Positions 9,195-19,271 of a DNA stretch of 57,304 bases are shown in pieces. Numbering within the stretch: the first letter of the stretch is position 1; every line of letters starts with the position of its first letter. The notes under the pieces were generated by a model, which saw nothing but the letters and a program-made list of their open reading frames with translations, was not told the DNA's origin and ran no database searches. The position numbers and the translations under genes are program-made. The DNA comes from Firmicutes bacterium HGW-Firmicutes-21 (GTDB lineage: Bacteria > Bacillota > Clostridia > Oscillospirales > CAG-382): positions 1-57,304 of the forward strand of contig PGZT01000010.1 of NCBI GenBank assembly GCA_002841455.1, given 5' to 3'.

Positions 9195-10034
9195 TTATAT
9201 TGTTGTGCAATAAAAGGCAAAATAGCCTGATTTTTTTAACATATGCGTACAGCTTACCGCTGTTTCCTTATCGGGGAAAATACCGAACACGGACGGACCG
9301 CTTCCGCTCATTTGCGCACCAAATGCACCGTTGGCGAGCATAATACTCTTTATTTTCCCTACAAACGGTCGTCTCTCTGTACAGATGTCCTCAAAAACAT
9401 TACCAAGCCTTGAAACGATGCCTGCAATATCTCTTGCGGCTATTGCCGAGACCATCCCGTCGGTGTCTATATTCCTAAGGCTTGTTCTGCTGTCTATTTC
9501 CGCATACATAGCGGGGGTGGACATACCCTCTCCGCCCGACGATATAACCACATTCATTTTTGGAAGCGAAGGAAGTACTGTAATTATATCCCCTATACCC
9601 TCACATAGAGCCGTTCCGCCCCCTATACAAAAAGGGATGTCCGCACCGAAGGATGCACCTATTTCGCATAAGCAATCGTCGGAAAGACGGGTTTTATAGA
9701 TACGGTTCAGAGCCCGCAATGTCGCCGCGGCATCGCTGCTGCCGCCCGCAAGTCCCGCCGAGACGGGAATGCGTTTTATCAGCTCTATTTTTGCCCCGCC
9801 CTTTATTCCGACCGAGCCGAAGAAACTCTCGCATGCTTTATAAACAAGGTTTCGCCTGTCTGTCGGGATAAAGTGCTTGTTGGTGGTGATTACTATGTTT
9901 TCAGAGCGCTCTATATTTATAATATCATACAACGAGACGGTTTGCATAACTGTTTTTATGTCGTGATACCCGTCTGCCCTTTTACCCACAACATCAAGAG
10001 TAAGATTAATCTTGGCATATGCTCTTTCGGTCAT
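9195..10034 (-). CDS. ispE: 4-diphosphocytidyl-2-C-methyl-D-erythritol kinase
   Basis: MTERAYAKINLTLDVVGKRADGYHDI and the GHMP-kinase motif PVSAGLAGGSSDAA. I chose the ATG at 10034 (SD GAGGGG). The longer track ORF (to 10151) would overlap the upstream gene. Confidence 0.9.
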   Translation of the reverse strand: MTERAYAKINLTLDVVGKRADGYHDIKTVMQTVSLYDIINIERSENIVITTNKHFIPTDRRNLVYKACESFFGSVGIKGGAKIELIKRIPVSAGLAGGSSDAAATLRALNRIYKTRLSDDCLCEIGASFGADIPFCIGGGTALCEGIGDIITVLPSLPKMNVVISSGGEGMSTPAMYAEIDSRTSLRNIDTDGMVSAIAARDIAGIVSRLGNVFEDICTERRPFVGKIKSIMLANGAFGAQMSGSGPSVFGIFPDKETAVSCTHMLKKSGYFAFYCTTI

Positions 10035-10054
10035 AAGTCGCAAAACATCCCCTC

Positions 10055-11221
10055 TTATAAAGTTCCGACAAACTCTTCTATCAGCCTCAGAGCCTTTTCT
10101 ATCCGTTTTATCGAATAAGCGTAGGAGATTCTGACAAAGCCCTCTCCGCATTCGCCGAAAGCGGTTCCCGGGACAATGGCAACGCTCTTCTCCATCAGCA
10201 GCCTTTCACAGAACCGCTCGCTGGTCATGCCGTAATGCGATATATCCGCAAATACATAAAAAGCACCCTCCGGCATGAAGCAATGTATCCCTATTTCCTT
10301 TAAGCCGTTTACGATAAAACGCCTGCGGGAATCGTATTCGTCCTTCATATACTGTATATCGTCGTCACCGTTTTTAAGTGCCTCGACAGCGGCGAATTGG
10401 CTTGTTGTCGGAGCGCACATTATACCGAACTGATGCACCTTTGCCATTTGCTTTGTAAAATAGTTTGGGGCAAGCGTATAACCTAACCGCCATCCCGTCA
10501 TCGCATACGCCTTGGAAAAGCCGCTTGCTATAATCGTGCGTTCACGCATACCGTCAAGTGTTGCTATAGAGCAGTGCGGCTCGTCGTAGGTAAGCTCGCC
10601 GTAAATCTCGTCTGATATAACAATAATATCAGTGTCTCTGATAACCTCAGCGATAGCCTCAAGGTCACGCCTGTTCATACATGCACCCGTAGGATTGTTA
10701 GGAAACGGCAGAATCAACGCCTTTGTTTTTGGCGTAATTGCGTTTTTCAGTTCCTCCGCCGTCAGTTTAAACGCATTTTCTTTTTTCAGCGGTATCGAAA
10801 CCGGGACTCCGCCCGAGAGCGAAACGAGTGGTGAATAGCATACAAAGCATGGCTCCGGTACAATTATCTCGTCGCCGTAATTTGTCAGCGTTCTGATTGC
10901 CATATCGATAGCCTCGCTGCCTCCGACTGTAACGATTATCTCGTCCTTTGGATTATAATCAAGTCCGAAACGGCGGGATTGATATGCGGCTATCTCCTGA
11001 CGCATCTCAATGATACCGTTGTTGGAGGTGTAGTAGGTTCTGCCCTCCTCAAGGCTCCTTATGCCTGCCTCTCTGATATGCCACGGCGTAACGAAATCAG
11101 GCTGTCCCACCGTAAGCGATACAACATCCTTCATCTCGTCGAGTATATCAAAAAATTTCCTTATACCGGACGGCTTAATTCCCACAACCCTATCCGACAA
11201 TACCTTATTATAATCAAACAT
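10055..11221 (-). CDS. class I/II PLP-dependent aminotransferase
   Basis: 388 aa with the PLP-lysine context SFSKAYAMTGWRLGY. Its ATG overlaps the upstream stop (TAATG). Confidence 0.85.
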   Translation of the reverse strand: MFDYNKVLSDRVVGIKPSGIRKFFDILDEMKDVVSLTVGQPDFVTPWHIREAGIRSLEEGRTYYTSNNGIIEMRQEIAAYQSRRFGLDYNPKDEIIVTVGGSEAIDMAIRTLTNYGDEIIVPEPCFVCYSPLVSLSGGVPVSIPLKKENAFKLTAEELKNAITPKTKALILPFPNNPTGACMNRRDLEAIAEVIRDTDIIVISDEIYGELTYDEPHCSIATLDGMRERTIIASGFSKAYAMTGWRLGYTLAPNYFTKQMAKVHQFGIMCAPTTSQFAAVEALKNGDDDIQYMKDEYDSRRRFIVNGLKEIGIHCFMPEGAFYVFADISHYGMTSERFCERLLMEKSVAIVPGTAFGECGEGFVRISYAYSIKRIEKALRLIEEFVGTL

Positions 11222-11700
11222 TACCAGGTGTTTCCTCTCTTGTCGCTCTTGTCGGACTCAAAGACAACATCATTGTCCTTGTATTTTTGCAAAACGAAAT
11301 GTGTTGCCGTTGAGGTTACTCCCTCGATAGTCGCCAACTTTTCCGCTACAAAAATCGCTATATCACGCATGGTTTTGCATTCAACCGTTATTGCAAGATC
11401 ATAGCCGCCCGACATAAGATAAACGCTGTTCACCTGTGGAAAATTACTGATTTTTTCGGCAACCGCATCGAACCCCTTGTCCTTTTGGGGTGTTGTTTTC
11501 AATTCGATTAGAGCTGTAACGCTCTCCTTGCCTGTTTTATCCCAATTTATGACCGCTCGGTAGGAAAGGATGCTACCCTCTGCCTCGCATTCTTCTATTA
11601 TAGAACGAACTTTTTCCTCGGTGGTTCCGAGCATAACCGCAATCTGCACGGGGGTTAGTCGTGCGTCGTTTTCAAGATAAGTCAATATTTTGTTCTTCAT
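11221..11700 (-). CDS. Lrp/AsnC-family transcriptional regulator
   Basis: An N-terminal HTH (ILTYLENDARLTPVQIAVMLGTTEEKV) plus a C-terminal RAM-like domain. The ATG at 11700 is preferred over the GTG at 11712. Confidence 0.85.
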   Translation of the reverse strand: MKNKILTYLENDARLTPVQIAVMLGTTEEKVRSIIEECEAEGSILSYRAVINWDKTGKESVTALIELKTTPQKDKGFDAVAEKISNFPQVNSVYLMSGGYDLAITVECKTMRDIAIFVAEKLATIEGVTSTATHFVLQKYKDNDVVFESDKSDKRGNTW

Positions 11701-11720
11701 GCTAAATACCACACCCTTAC

Positions 11721-12545
11721 TTATATTTTTTCCATAAACGGTTTTCTGTTTTTATATCTCGTTATATTAGTGAACCCGATTTCTCTTAGATTATCTATTG
11801 TCTCTTTAATATTCATTCCCAAATTACGCTCGTTGTGAGCGTCGCTGCCCACCGTAATCATCTCGCCGCCCAATTGTCTGTAAAACCTGATGAGGTCATC
11901 GCTCGGCATTGTCTGACCAAGCCCCTGCCACAGTCCCGAGGTGTTCACCTCAAGGCTTATGCCCTTCTGTATTATCCGTTTTAAAATCGGCTCGAAAATC
12001 TCCCTGCCCTTGTTTTCCAGATCAAGCAGATGCTCTCTGCCCGCAAGCTTGAGGTAACGGTATGGATAGGTTATATGAGCGAGAGACTCGAAGTTGCCCC
12101 ATTCCACAAGCTCCTTCATTTCTGCAATATATGTTTTAAACAATAAAAGCAGCTCCTCGTCCTTCATATTGTTGATATCGAGGAAGGAAATATCGATAAT
12201 CCCTCTGATAGAATGAACAGAGCCTAATATATAATCAAAGGGGAACCGATCTATATACCTTTTCGCTTCAAGCGGCATATGAATGGCTTGTCCAATCTCC
12301 AAGCCGAATAAAACACTCAGCTTATCTGCATATTTCTCACGGGCTGCCATTACCTCCCGGAATACGCTCTCAATATCAAGATTGGGAAACGCTCCGTAAT
12401 ATATTCCGTCCACATCATAATGGTCCGTAATCGCTATCTCTGTAAAACCCCGCGATAACGCCGCCACGCACAGCTCGTCAACCGTACTGCCCTTGCCCTC
12501 CGGAATGTCACCCGAGTATTTTGTATGAATATGATAATCAAACAT
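11721..12545 (-). CDS. PHP-domain histidinol-phosphatase family protein (HisJ-like)
   Basis: 274 aa with the MFDYHIHTKYSGD start and the later metal-binding motifs ITDH..GSVH..GSDAH. Confidence 0.8.
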   Translation of the reverse strand: MFDYHIHTKYSGDIPEGKGSTVDELCVAALSRGFTEIAITDHYDVDGIYYGAFPNLDIESVFREVMAAREKYADKLSVLFGLEIGQAIHMPLEAKRYIDRFPFDYILGSVHSIRGIIDISFLDINNMKDEELLLLFKTYIAEMKELVEWGNFESLAHITYPYRYLKLAGREHLLDLENKGREIFEPILKRIIQKGISLEVNTSGLWQGLGQTMPSDDLIRFYRQLGGEMITVGSDAHNERNLGMNIKETIDNLREIGFTNITRYKNRKPFMEKI

Positions 12546-12611
12546 AAATTATAATCCCTGTTTTTTATTATGCATTGTAGCACAATCAAATTCCCTTTGC
12601 AACTTTTTAAT

Positions 12612-15600
12612 TTAAAACATCGATACCTGGTCGGAAATCGGAAGATCTGCAAGGCAGTTGTTCTGTTGCAAAACCTCAATCACTGTTTTGTTGAGTGAAG
12701 CCTCGATTTTCAGCTCCTCAAGTGTGGTCGCTCTGCCGCTCCTTATCGCAGCATATATCTTCTCCGCCGCCGTAGCTCCGAGTCCGTTCAACGAGGACAG
12801 GGGTAAGCGGATTTTTCCGTCTTCCGGCACAAAGGTAAACGCCTCCGACTTATAAATATCCACAGGAAGGAATTCTATACCCCGTGCGAGCATCTCCGCC
12901 GCCATCTGCATAAAAACAATCGTATCCTTTTCCTTTGCGCTCTGCTCCGGCATACTCTCTAATTCGTTCAGCCTTTGGCGGATAACATTACCGCCCTCCA
13001 TAGCGAGCTGACCGTCAAAGCTGTCCGCTTTAACCGTAAAATAGCTTGCGTAAAATGCTATCGGATGATACACCTTATACCAGCCTAAACGCAGCGCCGC
13101 AATAACATAGGCGGCGGCATGCGCCTTTGGGAACATATACTTAATCTTTTTACAGGAGGCTATATACCATTCGGGAACACCGCATTTAAGCATTGCTTCC
13201 TCCTGCTCTGCACTTAATCCTCTTCCCCTTCGTACGCTTTCGGTTGACTCAAAGGCGACCGAGCTGTCCAGCCCCTTTTTCATCAAATAAACCATTATGC
13301 TGTCTCTCGTACCGATAATCTCATCGATTGTGCAGGTTCCGTTCTTAATAAGCTCGTCACCGTTACCCAGCCATATACCTGTACCGTGCGAAAGACCCGA
13401 TATTTGAACAAGGTCGGAGAAGTTCTTCGGCTTTGTATCCATTATCATCTGACGGACATATTTGGTTCCGAATTCAGGGAGCCCGAATGTACCGATTTCA
13501 CTGCCGATCTGATCCGGTTTCACCCCTATGCTTTCCGTCGAAGCGAACAGCTCCAGCACCTTTTTATCGTTCATCGGAACGGTTCTTACATCGATTCCCG
13601 TATATGCCTCCAGCACCTTATAAAATGTAGGCACATCATGTCCGAGTATATCTAATTTTAGCAGGGTGTCATGCAGATATTCAAAGGCGAAGTGGGTTGT
13701 GATAATACCGCTGCTCGCCTTGTCGGCAGGATGCTGTATGGGTGTAAAATCGTATATCTCGTGCTCCTTCGGAATAACTACAATACCTCCCGGGTGCTGT
13801 CCCGTTGTGCGTTTTACTCCGACAAAGCCGTTTACAAGGCGGTTCTCCTCCGCTTTGGTAAGGCTAATGTTTTTACTTTGCAGGTATTCCTTTACGAACC
13901 CGTAGCAGGTCTTTGATTGCAATGTTCCCACCGTACCGGCACGGAAAATGTTCTCTCTTCCGAACAGAACCTCGGTGAACTTATGTGCCTCGCTCTGCAC
14001 CTCGCCCGAAAAGTTCAAATCAATATCGGGCGCTTTTTCTCCGTGGAAGCCCAAAAAGGTCTCGAACGGAATATCATGACCGTCCTGAATCATTTTAACT
14101 CCGCATTCCTCACAGTTGCTGTCGGGAAGGTCGAAACCGCTGCCGACACTTCCGTCGGTGAAGAATATGCTCTTTTTGCATTCAGGGCAACGGTAGTGCG
14201 GGGGCAGAGGGTTTACCTCGGAAATCCCTGTCAGAGCGGCTATGACAGACGAGCCTACCGAGCCTCTCGAGCCGACAAGATACCCGTTTTCCTCGCTGTT
14301 TTTAACCAGCTTGCGGGAGATTATGTAAAGCACGGCAAAGCCGTTTTTTATTATCGAATTAAGCTCCTTCTCGGTACGCAGACGAACTATCTCGGGCAGT
14401 GGGTCACCATACATTTCCCTTGCGGTATTATAGCATATCTCGTTGAGCTGCTCCTCCGCTCCCTCTATTTTCGGTGTATAGGTTCCGTCGGGAATCGGTT
14501 TTATATGCTCTATCAAATCGGAAATTAAACGAGGGTTTGTAATTACTATTTCCTCCGCCTTTACTCTGCCGAGGAACTCGAACTCCTCCAGCATCTCATC
14601 CGTTGTTTTTAGATAAAGACCGGTTGTTCTGTCCGAGTTCTGGTATCCCATACCACTTTGCAGAATTTTCCGGTATGTCTCATCCTCCGGCTCAAGGAAA
14701 TGCACATCTCCGGCGGCACAAACGGGCTTTTTCAGCTTATCGCCCAGCTCGATTATCCTTTTAACATTTGCGCATAGCTGCTTTTCCGCCGCAGCCTTAT
14801 CCTCGCCCAGTTTATCACCCTCGACAAGGAAACGGTTGTTGGAGTTAGGCTGCACCTCCAGATAATCATAAAAGGAAGCGATTTTTATCAAATCACCGTA
14901 GGATTTGTTGTCAAGCAGTGCCTGATAAAGCTCTCCGTCGGCGCAGGCGCTGCCTATGATAAGCCCCTCCCTGTATTCTTTCAACAGCGTTTTCGGTATG
15001 CGTGGGAAGCGGTGATAGTAATTTATATAGGAACGGGAGACTAATTTATACAGGTTCTTAAGCCCTGTCAAATCCTTGACAAGAATAATAACATGGTAAT
15101 ATTTAAGCCGTTTCGGATCGGAGTTGCGTGACATAGCCTCCGCCATTTCGTTTGTATCGGTGATACCGTTCATGGCAAGCTTTTTTATCAGACATGTAAA
15201 TATTCTGGCAAGCATCTCGGTATCCTCGCCCGCACGGTGATGATCAAATTCTCCGAGAGCGAAATACTTTGCGAGCGAATCAAGAGTATGCTTGGTAATG
15301 TCATTATTTAAGTATCTTGATATGGAAACCGTATCAAGATATGGATTGGTGAACTTTAATTTATTGTCGGTCGATACCTTGCGTATAAAACCGATATCAA
15401 AGGGTGCGTTATGCGCCACAAGCATATGTCCGTCGGCATAATCCAAAAACGCCTGTACCGCTTCGCATTGACTCGGAGCGTCCTTAACCATATCGTCCGT
15501 TATCCCCGTCAGCCTCGTGATGTTTTCGGGTATCGGCATAGCAGGATTTACAAATGTCTCGAACCGGTCGACGTTTTCACCGCCGCAGTACCTTAATGCG

Positions 15601-16973
15601 GCTATCTGTGTTATTCCGCAGTTCTGCGGAGACAAGCCCGTTGTCTCAATGTCAAATACAATAAAAATTCCGTCCTTGAAGGGTACATTATTTTCTTCCG
15701 TGTATTCAAAAACCGCCCTTGCCGTATCGTCGACAAGGTACCCCTCCATACCGTATATCGGCTTAACATCCTTGTATTTTTTACATGCTTTCATAATTTC
15801 CGGATACGCTTGAAGGTTCCCATGGTCTGTAATCGCAACGGCGGGCATTCCCCAATCGTGAGCGGTACGGATAACATCGGCAGGTGCGGGGAGCGCATCC
15901 AGCGCCGACATATTCGTATGTAAATGCAGCTCAATACGGGGTGTAGGATGGGTGTCTCTTCGCATTACCCTTTTCACGGAGGCTAAATAGGTCCCGCGAA
16001 CAATAACCTCTCCGTCGTACCTGTCATATGCGGCTTTGCCCTCGATAATAAAGCAGGCGGGTGCGGACGGTATGGAAATGGGCTTGTCCTTGTCGGCAGA
16101 GAATCTTACTATAACGGACGAATCAAGGTCGGTTACATACATCCTATAGTTTATCTTATTTCCGTCGTAGTTCTCCTTAGGCTCAAACTCAAACATCATA
16201 CCCGTAAAGCGAACCGTCATCCCGTCCCTAATCGCTCTGATAGGCATAAATTCATCGTTTTTGCTCTTACCGTGTATAGGTATGGGGTTCTCTGTGTCAA
16301 ACTTCATTCCGCCCGATTTTATAATAAAGCAGTTATCCTCGTCAAATATGACCTCGCTCACGCTCTCTGTATCCGCAAAATGACTGCGTTTCTCGCTCTT
16401 AATTTCGTCAGAGCGTATTTTTTCATAGGTCTTTACAGCCGATTCCTTCAGATCCTCAAGCCCAGCCGGCTCGTAATACTCATTTACAAGCTGCCCCTCG
16501 AGATATACCTTAATATTAAGCCCGAATTGATGCGAAATACATTCCTCGAAAAATTTATCGACACCGCTCTGTGTGAGAAGCTGCGCCGATAATCCGTCCC
16601 GCAGACAGATGGTAAAACTCCGCTCGTCGGCATTATATTCCGCTCTGCTGTTTTCAAAGAAACCGTTTCCTATGCTGCTGCCGAAAACCCGTTTAAGCGT
16701 TGCCACGAGCCTTTTTACACAATCGGTATCAAAGCAGGAGGACGGGAAGGACGGAAAAATACGCACACCGGACAGCTCGTAGGTCTTTTTTATATTGTCC
16801 TCAAGCTCAAAAATCCGCCTGTAATCAATAAGCTGCGAGAACTGCATATCAATTTCAACAGATTTGTTCTCCTTGTCTATCCGCACCTTATAATCGGTCA
16901 TATTTTTTATAATAACCTCATCCGACGCATTTAAGCTTATGCGTTTGAAGGTTTTTTTAAAATCCTCTGTCAT
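12612..16973 (-). CDS. polC: DNA polymerase III alpha subunit, PolC type
   Basis: About 1450 aa. It contains PHP (HLHTNMSALD), an inserted DEDD exonuclease (FDIETTGLS..HNAPFDIGF) and the polymerase core. The start is ambiguous: ATG 16985 has zero SD spacing, whereas ATG 16973 lies 12 nt after AAAGGA. Confidence 0.97.
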   Translation of the reverse strand: MTEDFKKTFKRISLNASDEVIIKNMTDYKVRIDKENKSVEIDMQFSQLIDYRRIFELEDNIKKTYELSGVRIFPSFPSSCFDTDCVKRLVATLKRVFGSSIGNGFFENSRAEYNADERSFTICLRDGLSAQLLTQSGVDKFFEECISHQFGLNIKVYLEGQLVNEYYEPAGLEDLKESAVKTYEKIRSDEIKSEKRSHFADTESVSEVIFDEDNCFIIKSGGMKFDTENPIPIHGKSKNDEFMPIRAIRDGMTVRFTGMMFEFEPKENYDGNKINYRMYVTDLDSSVIVRFSADKDKPISIPSAPACFIIEGKAAYDRYDGEVIVRGTYLASVKRVMRRDTHPTPRIELHLHTNMSALDALPAPADVIRTAHDWGMPAVAITDHGNLQAYPEIMKACKKYKDVKPIYGMEGYLVDDTARAVFEYTEENNVPFKDGIFIVFDIETTGLSPQNCGITQIAALRYCGGENVDRFETFVNPAMPIPENITRLTGITDDMVKDAPSQCEAVQAFLDYADGHMLVAHNAPFDIGFIRKVSTDNKLKFTNPYLDTVSISRYLNNDITKHTLDSLAKYFALGEFDHHRAGEDTEMLARIFTCLIKKLAMNGITDTNEMAEAMSRNSDPKRLKYYHVIILVKDLTGLKNLYKLVSRSYINYYHRFPRIPKTLLKEYREGLIIGSACADGELYQALLDNKSYGDLIKIASFYDYLEVQPNSNNRFLVEGDKLGEDKAAAEKQLCANVKRIIELGDKLKKPVCAAGDVHFLEPEDETYRKILQSGMGYQNSDRTTGLYLKTTDEMLEEFEFLGRVKAEEIVITNPRLISDLIEHIKPIPDGTYTPKIEGAEEQLNEICYNTAREMYGDPLPEIVRLRTEKELNSIIKNGFAVLYIISRKLVKNSEENGYLVGSRGSVGSSVIAALTGISEVNPLPPHYRCPECKKSIFFTDGSVGSGFDLPDSNCEECGVKMIQDGHDIPFETFLGFHGEKAPDIDLNFSGEVQSEAHKFTEVLFGRENIFRAGTVGTLQSKTCYGFVKEYLQSKNISLTKAEENRLVNGFVGVKRTTGQHPGGIVVIPKEHEIYDFTPIQHPADKASSGIITTHFAFEYLHDTLLKLDILGHDVPTFYKVLEAYTGIDVRTVPMNDKKVLELFASTESIGVKPDQIGSEIGTFGLPEFGTKYVRQMIMDTKPKNFSDLVQISGLSHGTGIWLGNGDELIKNGTCTIDEIIGTRDSIMVYLMKKGLDSSVAFESTESVRRGRGLSAEQEEAMLKCGVPEWYIASCKKIKYMFPKAHAAAYVIAALRLGWYKVYHPIAFYASYFTVKADSFDGQLAMEGGNVIRQRLNELESMPEQSAKEKDTIVFMQMAAEMLARGIEFLPVDIYKSEAFTFVPEDGKIRLPLSSLNGLGATAAEKIYAAIRSGRATTLEELKIEASLNKTVIEVLQQNNCLADLPISDQVSMF

Positions 16974-17111
16974 CCCTATGACCATTCCTTTCGGTAGTGA
17001 GCGGTAATTGTGCTAATTATGTATGCAATAATAAATAATAAATTATAAATATTAAATGCAAATGGTTGCACTTCTTGCAACCAAGGCATTAAACCGTATT
17101 CTTTTAAACTT
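16974..17111 (-). repeat. structured intergenic repeat, family A, copy 2
   Basis: Shares GTGAGCGG.AATT.., the hairpin (17064-17082) and AAGGC..AAACCGTAT with the copies at 1897-2004 and 22170-22266. Confidence 0.7.
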
Positions 17112-18167
17112 TTACAGAATGCTTTTTATCTCCGTCAATAATATCTCTATTATATCCTTCTCGTCGATTTTTCTGATAATCTCGCCCTTTTTAAACAGTA
17201 CTGCCTCACCTTTTCCGCCCGCAACGCCTATGTCCGCTTCCCGTGCCTCGCCCGGTCCGTTTACTATGCAGCCCATAAGTGCAACATTTATCTGTTTATC
17301 GCAGGGAAGCTTGTCCAGCTCGTCCTGTAAACGGTTCGCTATGTTAATAAGGTCAATCCCCGTTCTTCCGCAGGTCGGGCAGGATATAAGGTTTATTCCG
17401 CTTTTAATCTTCAATGCCCGTAATATGTCGTGAGCCGCCCTGACCTCGTTAACCGGGTCGTCTGTCAGCGAAACTCTTACGGTGTCTCCTATACCGTCCG
17501 CGAGCAGAGAGCCGATGCCGACCGAGGATTTTATAATGCCGTTCCTCGCCGTTCCCGTCTCCGTAACACCAAGATGCAGAGGATAGGTGCTCCTCTCGGC
17601 AATAAGCCTGTTAGCCCTTATCATGGTAAAAACATCCGAGCTTTTTACCGACAATATAATGTTACCGAAATCGAACCGCTCTAACCTTTTGGCGGATTGC
17701 AACGCACTTTCGGAAAGTGCCTCGGGCGTGGGTGCGCCGTGCTTTTTAAGTATGTTTTCCTCCAGCGAGCCGCTGTTTATACCAATGCGTATGGGAATGT
17801 TTCTTTGCCTGCATATATCGGCAACCTTTTTTATCCTATCGTCACTCCCGATATTACCGGGATTGATGCGTATTTTGGAGATCCCCGCCATAGCCGCTTC
17901 AATCGCAAGAGTATAATCGAAGTGTATGTCTGCGACAAGAGGAAGGCTCGTGTTTTCTGCAAAAAAGGGAATGCTTCGTACCGCATCCATATTGTTGACG
18001 GTGAACCGTACAATGTCGCACCCGACTTCCTCAAGCTGTTTAATCTGCCGCAATGTCGCTTCTCTATCCGAGGTGGGCGTATTGGTCATCGATTGAACGG
18101 CTATTCGGTTGCCCCCGCCTACCGGGATGCTTCCGATTTTTACAGTATCGGATTTTCGTCGCTCCAT
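17112..18167 (-). CDS. ispG: 4-hydroxy-3-methylbut-2-enyl-diphosphate synthase
   Basis: 351 aa with VAVQSMTNT-type N-terminus (IAVQSMTNTPT) and the C-terminal Fe-S cysteines CPTCGR..GCIVNGPGE. Confidence 0.95.
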   Translation of the reverse strand: MERRKSDTVKIGSIPVGGGNRIAVQSMTNTPTSDREATLRQIKQLEEVGCDIVRFTVNNMDAVRSIPFFAENTSLPLVADIHFDYTLAIEAAMAGISKIRINPGNIGSDDRIKKVADICRQRNIPIRIGINSGSLEENILKKHGAPTPEALSESALQSAKRLERFDFGNIILSVKSSDVFTMIRANRLIAERSTYPLHLGVTETGTARNGIIKSSVGIGSLLADGIGDTVRVSLTDDPVNEVRAAHDILRALKIKSGINLISCPTCGRTGIDLINIANRLQDELDKLPCDKQINVALMGCIVNGPGEAREADIGVAGGKGEAVLFKKGEIIRKIDEKDIIEILLTEIKSIL

Positions 18168-18199
18168 TCTTCATACGCCCCCTGCCCTAAAATGTCTAA

Positions 18200-19270
18200 T
18201 TAAAACAGCTTAACCAAGTCCTTAAGGAATATTACCACGGTAGCAGTCAATAGAAGTACCATAAATACTCCGCTTATGGTCCTCTCGACCTTTTTGTTCA
18301 TCGGCTTTCTTCTTATCGCTTCGATAATGCAGAACAACAGCATTCCTCCGTCAAGCACGGGGATTGGTAATAAATTGAATATTCCGAGTGAAATTGAGAT
18401 GAAAACAAGTACGGTAGCAAGGTTGCGGATGGTATCCGTAAAACTATTACCCGCATCAATTACCTCGCCTATCTCGCCGCCTATTCCTATCGGGCCGGAA
18501 ATAGCATCCGCTCCGTAACGCCCTTTAATAGCGTCAAAAAGCGAATCAACCGTCATATAAACGGTGGATACCGATTGAAAGAAGGACTGGTGGATTACCG
18601 CTCCCACCGTTTTCTCCTTTGCCCAGACCTTAAAGTCAACCGAACCGTAATTAACTCCTCCATCGTTAACAGTCGGAACCTGCACATTGGTAAGATGGAC
18701 CTTTTCGCCGTTTCGCAGAACGGTAATCTCGAGCGGCTTAATTCCGTCGGATACGATTTTGTAGCTTAAATCTGTATAGACATAAATGTTTTTGCCGTTT
18801 ATCTCTATAATCTCGTCCTCGCGCATAAGCCCGTGAGCCGAGCTGGTTGCTCCGTCATGGAACTCCGCAACGACTGCGGTGTATATATATTTACCGGACA
18901 TTACAAGTATGCTCATTACGATAAATGCGAGCAGAATATTCATCATCGGTCCGGCAAGCACTATAATAATGCGCTGCAATACCGATTTATCGGCAAGCGG
19001 AGTTTTGCCCTTGTCCTTTTCCTCTATTTCGTCGGTGTATTCGCCGATCATACTTACAAAGCCGCCTATCGGTAACGCACGGAGCGAAAAGGTGTTATAT
19101 TTACCCTCCCAGCTGAATACCTTGGGACCCATTCCTATTGCGAACTCAATAATTCCGACACCACAGCGCCGTGCGGCAATATAGTGACCCAGCTCATGCA
19201 CGAAAATGAGCAGCCCGAAAATGAATATTGTTATCAGAATTGTGGGTAAGGATGAAAAAATGCCTGTCAA
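18200..19270 (-). CDS. rseP: RIP (site-2) zinc metalloprotease RseP/RasP
   Basis: 356 aa with HELGHY in TM1, a PDZ-like middle region and a C-terminal NLLPIPVLDGG motif. The TTG start is 1 nt after the dxr stop and is preceded by GGAGG. Confidence 0.9.
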   Translation of the reverse strand: MTGIFSSLPTILITIFIFGLLIFVHELGHYIAARRCGVGIIEFAIGMGPKVFSWEGKYNTFSLRALPIGGFVSMIGEYTDEIEEKDKGKTPLADKSVLQRIIIVLAGPMMNILLAFIVMSILVMSGKYIYTAVVAEFHDGATSSAHGLMREDEIIEINGKNIYVYTDLSYKIVSDGIKPLEITVLRNGEKVHLTNVQVPTVNDGGVNYGSVDFKVWAKEKTVGAVIHQSFFQSVSTVYMTVDSLFDAIKGRYGADAISGPIGIGGEIGEVIDAGNSFTDTIRNLATVLVFISISLGIFNLLPIPVLDGGMLLFCIIEAIRRKPMNKKVERTISGVFMVLLLTATVVIFLKDLVKLF

Positions 19271-19271
19271 T

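Noticed and set aside
10035-10151. N-terminal extensions in the ORF track for ispE (to 10151), cdsA (to 21282), uppS (to 22074), the TIGR03936 gene (to 25946), hcp (from 35585), the cupin gene (from 37226), the ECF sigma gene (from 48163) and the 42052 gene (to 43056).
   Set aside because: In each case an internal ATG with a well-spaced SD matches the conserved family N-terminus. The extension would also overlap the upstream gene or lacks an SD.
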